From assembly GCA_951406725.2 (NCBI GenBank), contig OX597818.1, forward strand, positions 72,850,001 to 72,914,000: a stretch of 64,000 nucleotides of DNA. Reading direction: 5' to 3'. Below are positions 1 through 12,253 of the stretch, one piece after another. Origin of the DNA: Octopus vulgaris. Taxonomy: Eukaryota. The notes below the pieces were generated by a model that saw only the letters and a list, made by a program, of their open reading frames with translations, ran no database searches and was not told the origin of the DNA. A program made the position numbers and the translations under genes. The first letter of the stretch is position 1. Each line of letters begins with the position of its first letter.

Positions 1-247
1 ATCTTCTCACAAAGCTTTGGTCTGCACTCGACTATCGTCGGTGCCTGTAACCCAAAATCGAAAATGGATGCATGGCAAGAAAATGTGTTCTGTTATATTG
101 TCCGATCGCTCTTAAGCGACTATACTGGTAACTCCACCAAGACTGCTTGGCAAGGTTGTTAGTTTATTTGACATCCAGTGAGATGAAAAATAAAACACGT
201 CAACGGATGGAGGGTCTTGATTGTCAACACCATCCGATAATGTGTGA

Positions 248-430
248 AGTGCCAGGCCTACTGGTTAGGGTGTTGCACTCACGATCGTGAGATCATAGTT
301 TCTAATCCCAGACCGGTTGTACGCTGTATTCTTGAGCAAAACACTTCATTTAACGTTGCCTCCGTTCTCTCTACTGTTAATGTGCAACCTTGTGATCGAT
401 TGGCGTACAAGGATGAGATGGTGTCAGAGA
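248..430 (+). mobile_element. Degenerate tRNA-derived SINE (same family as 30151-30490)
   Basis: ctcacgatcgtgag...aatcccagaccgg...ttcttgagcaaaacactt...cgttgc matches the reverse complement of the 30151-30490 element. Confidence 0.55.
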
Positions 431-1066
431 AATCACCCGAATAGAGATCTTGATATCTACGTTTTGTATTCAGCGGTCGAATGGACGAATAATAAAACTC
501 CGGCTTCCGAGTGGTTTAGAATGGTTGCTCAGCCACGTCCAAGGCTGATATTTTCAGTTGGGTTTGATACCTAGTAGCGTTCATTGCACTCTTATAGATA
601 TGTAATATATATCGAAGTAAATATTCGACATATATCGGGAGCAAATGTGTTCGTTTTTTATATTTCGCTTGAATTATTTAAAATTTAGCCATGGTATTTG
701 ATAGTTATGGATTTCAAAGTAAATAATCGGTAAGGAAACGTCAAAGATGGCATATAATATAATAGATACACATAATAAATGCCCAGATCTTATCAAGTAC
801 ACGAACCATTGATAAACGAAGCTTTATTACAGAATATTTATTTAAAGGTTTAGCTGCCGAAGTGATGTCAGACATATGACTGTTAAGAAGAAAGCTACTT
901 GTCAAGAGCCAAACACCCAAGGTTGTGTGAAGCAATATTGGAAGCGTGGGACGGGTCGAGCTAAAGTAAATATAATAAAATTTAAGATGGACAGATAATT
1001 GTAAATTGTTAAATCATTCCTAAGGTATTTTATACAAAGGAGAGTATGAAACTATATTTAATCGTA

Positions 1067-1477
1067 GGCGCAGGAGTGGCTGTGTGGTAAGTAGCTTGCT
1101 TACCAACCGCATGGTTCCGGGTTCAGTCCCACTGCGTGGCATCTTGGGCAAGTGTCTTCTGCTATAGCCTCGGGCCGACCAAAGCCTTGTGAGTGGATTT
1201 GGTAGACGGAAACTGAAAGAAGCCTGTCGTATATAGGTATATATATATGTATGTGTGTGTATATGTTTGTGTGTCTGTGTTTGTCCCTCTAGCATTGCTT
1301 GACAACCGGTGCTGGTGTATTTATGTCCCCGTCACTTAGCGGTTCGGCAAAAGATACCGATAGAATAAGTACTGGGCTTACAAAGAATAAGTCCCGGGGT
1401 CGATTTGCTCGACCAAAGACGGTGCTCCAGCATGGCCGCAGTCAAATGACTGAAACAAGTAAGAGAGTAAGAGAGTA
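1067..1477 (+). mobile_element. tRNA-derived SINE family A, full length (internal TA/TG microsatellite, short repeated tail)
   Basis: Head ggcgcaggagtggctgtgtggtaag...gggttcagtcccac has Pol III A/B-box-like motifs, followed by CORE-like cttgggcaagtgtctt and tail gactgaaacaagtaagagagtaagagagta. Near-identical to 11703-12124. Confidence 0.85.
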
Positions 1478-1509
1478 TTTTAATTTTATTGTACTATAAA
1501 AAAATATAC

Positions 1510-1747
1510 TTTTACTTGTGTCAGTCAGTAAGTAGATTGCGGCCATGATGGGGCACCTTCTTAAAGCATCTTCTAATCGAATGTATCGACCCCAATGCTT
1601 TTTTCGTTAAGTCTGTTACTAATTCTATCATCTATTTTTCCGAATCGCTAAGTTGCATGGACGTAAACACATCAACGCCGGTTGTCTAGCAGTTGTAGAC
1701 AACAAATACAAGCTCAAAGACACACACTCGGATATATGTGTGTGTGT

Positions 1748-1791
<44 letters not shown>

Positions 1792-1925
1792 ATGGGTGTG
1801 TGTGTGCGTGTGTGTGAGAGTGTGTGTATAAATAGACATGTAAGTATGTATGTATAGCATGGGTTTTCAGTTTCCTTCTACCAACTCTATTCGGGTGAGA
1901 CTGAACCCGGAACAATGATGTGGTT
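1510..1925 (-). mobile_element. SINE family A, degenerate, inverted relative to 1067-1477
   Basis: Reverse-complement matches to family A: tttacttgtgtcagtca, gcggccatg, cgacccc, cgctaagtt, ttcagtttcc, actgaacccggaac. Confidence 0.7.
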
Positions 1926-2732
1926 GAGGTAACATTTTTTCCATAAAATTATGATGAACCTTCCTCCTGTTTTTGAGCTGCGCGTCCATATGTATCTATG
2001 GCATTTATATTGTAGCACGACTTATTTGCATAAGCTCCATTCATACATCAGAATCATATTGTTATAAATATTTCTTTAAATATGATAACGATGTCAACAT
2101 CTAAATGAGCCGCATTCAGCCAATCCTCAACTCGCTTGAGAATAACATACTGTAAAATAACTTGCGGGAATAAACATCGATTGCATCAGAGTATACATTT
2201 TGTAAGATGAATTCTTGTCGAATTTAGATTCAGATGCAACATATTCAACCAGAACGTGATGAAAAATTTTATTGAAACTGTTCAATATTGATTGTGAATA
2301 ACATAGTTTATGCATTCTGCTAAAAATTACTTTTGATATATATTGAGATGTTGCAAACATTGAAGTGAGATAAGTAGATAAGGAATTTCTGTTGCTTTAA
2401 GTAAACCTAAACTACGGAGATTATTTCGACAGTAGCGTTGGTTATCAGCATTTACAAAATCGCCTTCTATTCAATATTGTTTCTAATAAATTTTCAAAGA
2501 GCCTGTCAAACAAAGAAGAGTTTAAATGTTCAGTTGCGTAATAGGAAAACCGCAGTTGTTATAGTTTTAGCTTTATAATGGTTGTTGGAAATCTTCATTC
2601 ACTTCATCGTGTTGTTATTGCAGCATGGAATTGAAGAAACCCATTATGGCAGTGAAACAATTGAGACAGGTTTCAGATCGTCTGCACACGATGAACAAAA
2701 CTGTGAAAACATTTTAAATGGATAATAACTGC

Positions 2733-2780
<48 letters not shown>

Positions 2781-5384
2781 TACACACACGCACACACACA
2801 TACACACACACTGCTGAAAATGCAATCTTATTAAAAGTAGACATTTTACATGGAACAAAATGGATGATGAAGAGAGATATCGAAATTTGGTAATAATGAA
2901 TGACATTTCCTAAAATTCTAATTACTAAGCGATGGAGAAAATAGTACTTTGTAAAGGTGTTCGATTAAAGTTTAGACTAAGGTTCTGGAATATGTTTCAG
3001 GATATTTCAAATATCTGTTGTTAAAGACACAAAAATGTAAAACCCAGCACGCGTTTCATGTTTCTGCTTTATTGGACTAGAACCAACATATGGTAAAATA
3101 GATGGATAGTGTTTTAGATATTGAATTAATGAACTCCTAAAAACAGCTCAGTGTATCCTCTAGGCATTGGGTTGACCTGTAAGAAATGAGAGCTAAATCG
3201 ACCTCAAATAAATCTGTCCTTTCTTTTAAAATAATGTAACGTTTAAAGATGCAGACGTAAATATAATGTAAGCAAACATATAAAATTGTGCACCTTTGAT
3301 TTTGACACCTGAGTAGAGCTGAAGATATTTTGTTGTCCAAAGCCTTGAGCATAATGTAAATATTTCTGAAGAGACAAAACACGTGCAAGATTTAAACTGA
3401 GCAAATTTATAGTATTTCTATAGTGCAGTGTCAATATTGTAGAAATATTGTAGAAAGTATAAATTACTGGTAAAATGTAAATCAGTGGCTGGCGATTGGA
3501 TTTAAAATATTGTATAGAAGTTTCTAATTAAATGGAGAGACTGTTACCAAGAATTTGGTAGATAGAGTTGGGAAGGTTCCTCATTATTCCATATTTTTAA
3601 GGACAGAGGAACTTACAAGTCGTGCAATTTGTAGGAAGATAACAATGAAATCTCCTCCAAATAGTATCCTTAACTGAAAACCAACGAACGATATCTTTGT
3701 TGATCAGATTCTTAAACTATGTTTCAAGAGAATGATGACATGGTCATGACTTGCATGCATTTTCTCGTCAGGACTCACTTAGGATTAAATAGTAATATCA
3801 ACTCCTTTTTAACATGAAAGATTCTTAATCGGTCATTGATATCGTTATTGATTCTGCTGCTAAGGAAATATTCGCAAAACTAGAACAATGGATAAACTGC
3901 AGTTAAGAATAGGGTTTGGTACGTTGAATAAATTGAAATTTGCGTAAAAGAAACAGGTTTTCGATTTTCCCGTTTGAAAAAACTATACTGGTTAATCATT
4001 GCAAAATAGTGAGATATTAACATAGTGAAAAAAGTTAAGGTCTATCTTCATTACATACTAAGCTGTTTCAAATTGTTTCCAAAAGTTGTGTACGTCTCAT
4101 TACAACTAGCAGTTTCATCTGCCTGAAACACAAGTTTGAAAATAAAGATGCATGGGATAATATATACATATGCGTTTGAAATTCTTTTACTGGTTGCTTG
4201 ATTAGTGCTAATCTCGTACTAAATAAAGGAAGAAATACATTATATATAATATCAAGTGTACCTATAATTAATTTAGAATAATTGAAAATTTATTTCATTA
4301 TGCAGTCAGATATCTCAGCACGTTCGTTGGTGCTATCTCGATTCTGCAGGAATTCAGGTACTGAGATCCCTGTTGTTTAAACTTTTCAAAGGTATCAAGA
4401 CTCTTAATAAAATCTTTGTAATTTTGAAATGTTTAATGCCCAATCATACTCTCATACTGTTTATTTTATATCATAAATATTTTTTTTATGTTGCAAGTAA
4501 GTTGAAATCATCTTCGCGTGTGCGTGTCTACTAACGTTTACACCAATTATTTACGAGTGGAATTATGGATGGGGATAAAAAAACACTCACACAAATATAA
4601 AATGATAAAATATTCAGTATTTCCATAAAATTTGTAAATCTGCTAAAAAGGCAAATCAAAGCGGGGAAATTGGCTTAAGAAGATTAACTACCCCGATGTA
4701 GGACCTCGAGTGAATCGGATCTCATACACAAACTCTGAAAGCTAAACGTGTAATTCAGCGTCCCCTGTAACTGAGAAGAATTTTACAAACGCCTGCTTTT
4801 CATATTTTACTCCCCTCCTTACTAGATTATTGCAATTGAACATAGGCAATTTGTACGCCGTGGTTTACTATCAATATACTTTTTTATAACAACATAGCCT
4901 ATGTGATAAATGTTTATGGAAATTGCAACAAAACGTTTGTATTTATGTACTAAAAACATACATTGAAATTTAGTACATCAACAGGCATTTTTTCTGGCAA
5001 CTAAATGTAGAATATCCTACATATTGTAATACTGATTAAAATAATTGATTTTGACCCCAAAGATCTCGAAGCACATAAACTTATAAATAATAACATCCTA
5101 GCATGTATAGCCTTATATGCTTCGAGATCTGCTATTTCAAAAATAATTGTTTTGTTCTTTTGAAAGTTTATGAACTGTTACGACATCTGATGAACATACC
5201 TTTTGAAAATATACTGACAATATAACAATTATGACCAATTAATTCATGTCTAAGAAAACCCATATTACACTAAACAGCAATAGCCTCTCATACCACACCC
5301 TTTGAGCACAAATCTCCCCACAGGGAAAGTAGATTTCATATGACGAGCAAGTGCAACAATAGATTTGCACCCACGTGTACGTAT

Positions 5385-5420
<36 letters not shown>

Positions 5421-6727
5421 GCATATATGGTGGACTTGTATGCGTACTCGCTTGCCCTTGATATACATTTATAAATTAATTAATTTAACCATAACTAGTT
5501 GATTGCATGCTAACTACCTCATTAAATCTAATATATATTTGATCCTAAATTTTAATACACACACACACATACACACACATATATATATGAACGCGCGCCC
5601 ACACACAACACACATAAACACACATATATACAAATATTTATGTATACAGAGGAAGAGATAGAGAGAGAGTGGGGAAGGGAGAGAAGCGATTCTGTTAAGA
5701 AAGCATAGACTATCAAGTATTTAGGAGTATATATGCACAGTTATTGGTCTCCGGTATTACTCTAGCTTTTTTTTTAATCTTTGACAGTTATGGGATTTGA
5801 CAGAAATGAGCTGCTTGTTGAAGTGAGTAGTCATTGCTGTGCTGCATCGTAGTTCTTAAATATTTGGACTATGCTTATACAAATATACAAGCGCGCAGTT
5901 AGGACTGAAAAGTTCCCGTATAACATAGCATTTCAATCTTTTCACATACGCATAACATGCAGAATCTCAAACGGCACATACATACATTCTAAAATATATA
6001 TATTTTCTAATCATACACCAAGTGTGTAGCTTTTGTATGTCCAACAGATTTTCGGAAGCAGTATGAGTTTCGGTTGCAACAGTTTATATGGTTTGACACT
6101 TAGGCAAATATATTATTTGTTTGTGCATTTGCTGGTGAAACAGTGTTATTCACGCCGGTATTTTTGTTCCATCTAGTATGTAAAATATGCTGATAGATTT
6201 CTGAAATTGCTTTTTGGAATATTATGCAAGGTGTGGTTAGTATTGAACCATATCTATCAGTGTACATCAGGAAGCGGTAACCTTGGAAACGGTTGAATTG
6301 TTGATAGTAATTATTTGCTTCACGATTCATTGAAATTTGTGATTATTTAGAAAGAGTAAACACTAAGAGATTTTCTGATTGTGTCTATTTATTTTAAATT
6401 TTTAATGAGAATTTTACCATAATTTATAACTGTTGTTATTCATTATGATGTTATTGTTTTTGTTGGTGATGTATTTTATACCACACTTAAAGCTTGTCTA
6501 TGATAGATAGTCGTAATGATGAAAGAGAAAGGGGTGGCTTGTCAAAAGAAGTTTAACCGTACGGAACGCGAAATAATATAAGTAACCAAAGGCTATCGTT
6601 TACAGGCAGATAGTTTACACACTGAATTGTGCAATGTGCTCGTGTTTGTAGCCATTACTTTGGATTAATTCATTGCATATATACGCGCGCGTATTTGTAT
6701 ATATATATACATATGTATGTACATACG

Positions 6728-6820
<93 letters not shown>

Positions 6821-6868
6821 GTATGTCCATCTGTCTATCTATCTATCTGTCTATCTATCTATCTATCT
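6728..6868. repeat. (TCTA)n microsatellite
   Basis: Directly visible tandem repeat. Confidence 0.95.
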
Positions 6869-7268
6869 TCCTCTATATATATTTACACACAAACATATAT
6901 ATATCACATGTTTTACAACATGTAGTCGGATGTTTTAATCATATATATTTCCATTTGGCGAAAAGTTAATCATTGATTTTTTTCTTTGTAACGCGATGTA
7001 ATTAGTTTGTTGCATCATCGTGAGTGATTGTTAATGAAGATTAATTATATAAAACTAATTTTGTTCGAGAAAGTTTGTAGTTTCTATGCTGATTGAAAGA
7101 CAGGCAAACACAAAAGGAGACGCACACAAACAGAGACAAACACATAGTGAACCAGACACACATACTGAAACACTCACGAACGTGCATATAAATCTATATT
7201 CAGCGAATATAGAATGTTTACATGTTCTTATGTATAACCTACATAACGTTATATAAGAGTCATAACTA

Positions 7269-8541
7269 CGAGGGACGTTCAATAAGTAATGCCTCTGACC
7301 CACTTGTAGTTGGTTGATCTAGCTGACATTTTGCATGTGCAATTATTTATATCTCTATACAGCTCTGAACTAATTGTGGTTTCTGATTTACAGGTGTTTG
7401 AACTCAGTCAAGTGTGAAATGGAGCCTGTTCAGTGTCGAGCAGTGATTCGGTTTTTGTATTTGAAAGGACGCACACCACGGGAGACTTTTGATGAAATGA
7501 AAGTAACTTATGGTGATGATGCCCCATCATATGACCTTGTAAAACGCTGGCATCGTGAATTCAAGCATGGTCGGAACTCTGTGGAAACAGCTCCCAGATC
7601 TGGTCGCCCCCCTTCTGCCATTGATGAGGCATCTGTCCGTCAAGTTGAGGCTGCTATTTTGGAAGATCGACGCATAATTATTCGCCAAATAGCCCATGAG
7701 GTCAAGATTAGTACCGGGTCCGTGGAAACTATCATTCATGACCATTTGCATATCCAAAAGTTGTCTGCCAGATGGACTCCCAGGTTGCTCACACCTTTCC
7801 AGAAGCAAGAACGCGTCGAGTGCTCGAGGATGAATTTGGAGATATGCCAAGAAGATGAGTCAAAATTTTTCAAAAGACTGATTACACAGGATGAAACCTG
7901 GGTCCATCACTAGGATCCAGAGACCAAAGCCAAGTCAATGCAGTGGAAGCACCGTGACTCACCTCCTCCAAAGAAGGCAAGGGTGCAGCCCTCCGCTGGC
8001 AAGGTCGTGCTCACAGTCTTCTAGGATCAGGGCGGAGTAGTGATGACAGATTTCCTGGCAAGGGGCACCACAATTACAGGAGCCTATTATGCTTCACTTT
8101 TGAGGAATTTAAGAGAAGCTACCAAAATCAAGTGGGGGGCAAGATCAGCAAAGGCATCCTCCTCTTGTTGGACAACGCTCCGGTCCACAACTCGCGTGTC
8201 GCCAGATCAGAAGCACAGACGTGCGGCTATGAACTCCTCCCCCATCCCCCTACTCTCCTGACCGTGCACTCTCTGATTTTCACCTCTTCCCAGCCACGAA
8301 GTTGTTTTTGAAAGGAAAGCGTTTTGCAAATGATGCAGCCTTGATTTCTGAAGTCACGTCGTGGTTGGAGGACCAAGCTGGGGTCTTCTACAAAAACGGT
8401 CTCCAGAGCTGCATCAAACGATGGGAAAATGCGTAACTCTGGGTGTTTCCTATGTAGAAAAAGACTAATAACTGTGCCAAGTTTCGTTGCTCTACTGCTA
8501 TGTGAAGTGGGTTAGGGGCATTACTTATTGAACGCCCCTCG
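7269..8541 (+). mobile_element. Full-length mariner (DD34D) DNA transposon, ~1.27 kb
   Basis: TIRs cgagggacgttcaataagtaatgcctctgacccactt / aagtgggttaggggcattacttattgaacgcccctcg; TA target duplication at 7267-68 and 8542-43; internal transposase. Confidence 0.95.
7419..8468 (+). pseudogene. Mariner transposase pseudogene
   Basis: Reads MEPVQCRAVIRFLYLKG...RSGRP...SARWTPRLL...ITQDETWVHH*DPETK...LLLDNAPVH...PHPPYSPDRALSDFHLF. In-frame TAGs at ~7911 and ~8022; frameshifts near 8135 and 8427. Confidence 0.9.
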
Positions 8542-8734
8542 TACTTGTAAATTGTGTATATATTAGCCGTGGTAAGATAGACGATCGTTTATAACTTGAG
8601 CGCATGGAAACATTTGTGAAAGGAAGTCGGGTAATTGATATGATCGTACTATATGATTAGTATTTATTTTCTTGATGCAAGTACTTTGAGAGTCATGGCT
8701 GTCCAAGCAGAGTTTTTGAAATAAGAGCGTATCA

Positions 8735-8813
<79 letters not shown>

Positions 8814-8814
<1 letters not shown>

Positions 8815-9415
8815 GGTTTTAAATTGATATTAAAATTAATATTAATTTATCTCCCTCAATTTTTAAATATTTAAATAAATACGTTCCCTAGTTGTAAGCA
8901 CTACCCGCAGTGAATTATTCACTGCAGCCCTTCGCTTCAGGAGTCTCTCAGCGCGCCAGAACCAAGACATTTGAAATTTTATTCTCGATGTAATCAGTAA
9001 GACTAAGCACGTGTCTGTCTTGACACAGAGAGCTGGGGTTAGTCTTGCGGTTTGCATCTCGAGGACCGAATGTACTGATGAAGTCACGGACACTGGAATT
9101 ATGCAAGTAATTCTTTTGTTAAGACCGAAACCGAGGTATGCATTTAAGTCTGTTATTTATTTAATTTTTCATATGTCCTGCCCGCCAAAGTTGGTTCTGG
9201 TGTTCGCTGAATTCTTCCTCTAGAGAATTTCCCTTGTAGTTTGATCGTTGATGATCTTCTTCTAGCATTCTGGCCGGCTACCTAGCAGGCCAGCCCTGCC
9301 AATATACAAATATATTTGAATTTTCTCTGACTCCTCAGATTTTTTTGAATGCTGGACTACTGGTTTTAAATTGATGTTAAAATTAATATTAATTTATCCC
9401 CCTCAATTTTTAAAT
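8814..9415 (+). mobile_element. Non-coding retrozyme/Penelope-pLTR-like element: 547-nt unit with 55-bp terminal direct repeat and one hammerhead
   Basis: 8814-8868 and 9361-9415 match at 53/55 positions; (TA)n lies on both sides; type I hammerhead at 9068-9145. Confidence 0.7.
9068..9145 (+). ncRNA. Type I hammerhead ribozyme (candidate)
   Basis: Stem I GAAUGUA/UGCAUUU; CUGAUGA at 9075-81; stem II GUC/GAC extended by a GAAUUAU-GCAA-GUAAUUC hairpin; GAAA at 9127-30; short stem III CC-GA-GG; cleavage triplet GUA ending 9138. Confidence 0.75.
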
Positions 9416-10370
9416 TTATATATATATATATATGTAAATATATAATACACTAACTGCATTTTTTGAATAACACTTTAGCATATAAATCGTTCCTATTTAT
9501 AAGATCCTTGCAAATTATGCAGCACAAGCTGGAGAAGTTCTGTTTATTTTTGCACTTGTCTCATAGTAGTTATTGCAATATTTATCTAAAAATTTCAACA
9601 GCCTTTCTACTCTCTTTTTTATACTCCACTTGTTTCTGTTTGTTTTCTGTATTTTAAAGTTGATTATAAATACTTAACTAATCTTATCTTATGTATAATA
9701 TGACGGCATGCGTTTCACAGCGGTTACAAAGAATGACGGAAATTAAAACAAAAAAAAGAGTAGGAATGAGTGACGTTCAGAGATGCTATATGCAGGTGAA
9801 CTGTAATGAGATATTTAGCTCTGAAGTGGGCAGTATATTAAATAAAATAAATGTAAATTTTCTGGTTAATTACCTAAATTTATTCTAATTTCCAAGTAAA
9901 ACATAACACATTCTCATACAGACATGTGTGTTTGTATATATATATATATATACATATATATAAAGTAACATTGATCATAGAACAAACTGCATTTTGAGTA
10001 ACAAATTCAAGTCAACGACTTTATATATAACACCATACCTCTAAACATTTCATCATATATAAATATTATCATGGTACAAAAACATATAAAATATACATAT
10101 ATAAAAAACACAGAAGGTAGGAATATATATACGAATAAATATACAGATATATAGAACGGCCTATTAAAAAGGTAAATACAATCGTCTAAATAATCTAAAG
10201 CGTGTCATGCTACTAAAAGTCTAAATAAAATAAAATAAAATATCATTCGACTAAAAAAAATTACTTACTCCCCTCAAAAAAAAGAGTACGTCAAAAAATG
10301 TTCAATTCACAAAAATCACGGTAGGTTAGAGTCCAAGAGCAAAAAGGGTTCCACAAAATCAAGTCAAATA

Positions 10371-10452
10371 CACCTCTGGTCATTTCGGGAGTAAATTCCT
10401 GCGGTTCGATTAGAGTTAAAGTGCATCTCGGCAATGACCCCTCATCAGGATG
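10371..10452 (-). ncRNA. Degenerate hammerhead-like motif
   Basis: Minus strand: CAUC CUGAUGA GGGG...ACUCCC GAAA UGACCAGA GGUG. Core intact, but there is no UH in register. Confidence 0.4.
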
Positions 10453-11702
10453 AACAGAAACCTTATTCTTTATTACCCAATATGTCACCATCTATGTTGG
10501 CCCCTAGTGGGCCAACGTATATGGAGACAGCACAATCTGATTTGGGGTCAGATGCATGCTATGATTTCAAAATAAAGATGCGTTTAAAAATTAAACATGT
10601 AAATATATAAACGAATGATTTACATGAAACGAAGTAGAGATACAAATGGAGTGGTGTTTGGGGTCAGCTTCCACACCGCGAGCCCCAATCCACCAGTGAT
10701 ACCTTTCCAAGACACTTTATGTCGTACTTACACGGTTACATCCACTCGCAGCACTCGTGCTACATACTTCCATATTTCATCAAACATTTTCTCTGATAGC
10801 TGGATAAACAGGAAACTCAAGCAAAAAGTTCATTCAACGCTGCATGGCTAATTTAAAGATAATAATCAATGGACCAGTCCAAATTTTCTAACACACTGAA
10901 AGAAAATACGAATTATTTCATTGCTAAACATGCAGGTGGCTGTTGTTAATAGGAATTTTAACTATCCGGTTTCAAAATCCCATAAAACTAAATATTATTT
11001 ACCACATCTATATTTACCACTTCTATATATTTTCAAAAAGTAGAAGAAAACTTGTTGCAAAAAGGGATCGTGTTAGGTATATATGAGATTTTAGTTCTGA
11101 AGCCACTTAATTTTAGAGCGTTGTTGTATACCGGTGCATGTTGATAAAAAATCTCCGTTTGTGGACAATTTAGGGTTTCTGATTTTTAGTAGCATGACAC
11201 GCTTTAGAAGTTTACTAACAATATATGTACAAGAACGTTTAAATAAACAGAATATATTTATCGGAAAACACGTAACACGCCTAAATATAAACGCATATCG
11301 AACTTTGGACTCAGTATATATTTAAGTCATGATCACATATCCATCGCTGTACATATTTCATTTCAATACTTTAGCTCATGAATTTCTATGCTTATTTATC
11401 CGACTCAAAAAGTGAGCAATTACTTCCCTTGTCCCGAATAAACACAATCACCAATTAAATCTCCTTAGATTTTTCTACTTCTTGATTCGTTCACAAATTT
11501 TTATGCAATAAAACGGACTAAACACTTCTTAAGAAAATACGAAATCACCATAATATTCAATGTAATGATTAGCGAAAGTGAAACCGGTTGACAAACAATA
11601 TACTCTTCCTTTCACAATATATCAAATCTATGTAAACTGTGCATTTTCTCTTCCTCCCTTTTCTTACCAAATACATACATACATACATACATACATACAT
11701 AC

Positions 11703-12124
11703 ATGGCTGTGTGGTAAGTAGCTTGCTTACCAACCACATGGTTCCGGGTTCAGTCCCACTGCGTGGCACCTTGGGCGTGTGTCTTCTACTAGAGCCTCGG
11801 GCCGACCAAAGCCTTATGAGTGGATTTGGTAGACGAAAACTGAAAGAAGCCAGTCGTATATATGTATATATATATATATATGTGTGTGTGTATTTGTGTG
11901 TCTGTGTTTGTCCCCCCCAACATCTCTTGACAACCGATGCTGGTGTGTTTACGTCCCCGTAACTTAGCGGTTCGGCAAAAGAGACCGATAGAATAAGTAC
12001 TAGGCGTACAAAGAATAAGTTTTGGGGGTCGATTTGCTCGACTAAAGGCGGTGCTCCAGCATGGCCGCAGTCAAATGACTGAAACAAGTAAAAGAGTAAA
12101 AGATTAAAAGATTAAAAGAGAGTA
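11703..12124 (+). mobile_element. SINE family A, near full length
   Basis: Highly similar to 1067-1477; preceded by (ACAT)n; tail aaagagtaaaagattaaaagattaaaagagagta. Confidence 0.85.
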
Positions 12125-12217
12125 TATCTAGGGAGAGTTTACGAAAAAAAACAAAAGACGAAGAACGTGGTGTACAAAAAACGTATGTATTAGTATAACG
12201 CTCAGGAATTGAAAAGT

Positions 12218-12253
12218 CTTTTACGTTTCGAGCCTACGCTCTTCTACAGAAAG
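12218..12253 (-). ncRNA. Minimal hammerhead-like motif with CUGUAGA core, inside a short repeat element (~12130-12300)
   Basis: Minus strand: CUUU CUGUAGA A GAGC-GUAG-GCUC GAAA CG UA AAAG. A related decayed copy lies at 17093-17128. Confidence 0.55.

Noticed and set aside
3044-3080. GAAACGCGT-containing hammerhead-like relic on the minus strand (similar cases at 30621-30670 and 62445-62485)
   Set aside because: Two or more core changes; cannot be separated from chance without a family alignment.
5183-5215. CTGATGA followed by GAAA
   Set aside because: No stem I complement or convincing stem II.
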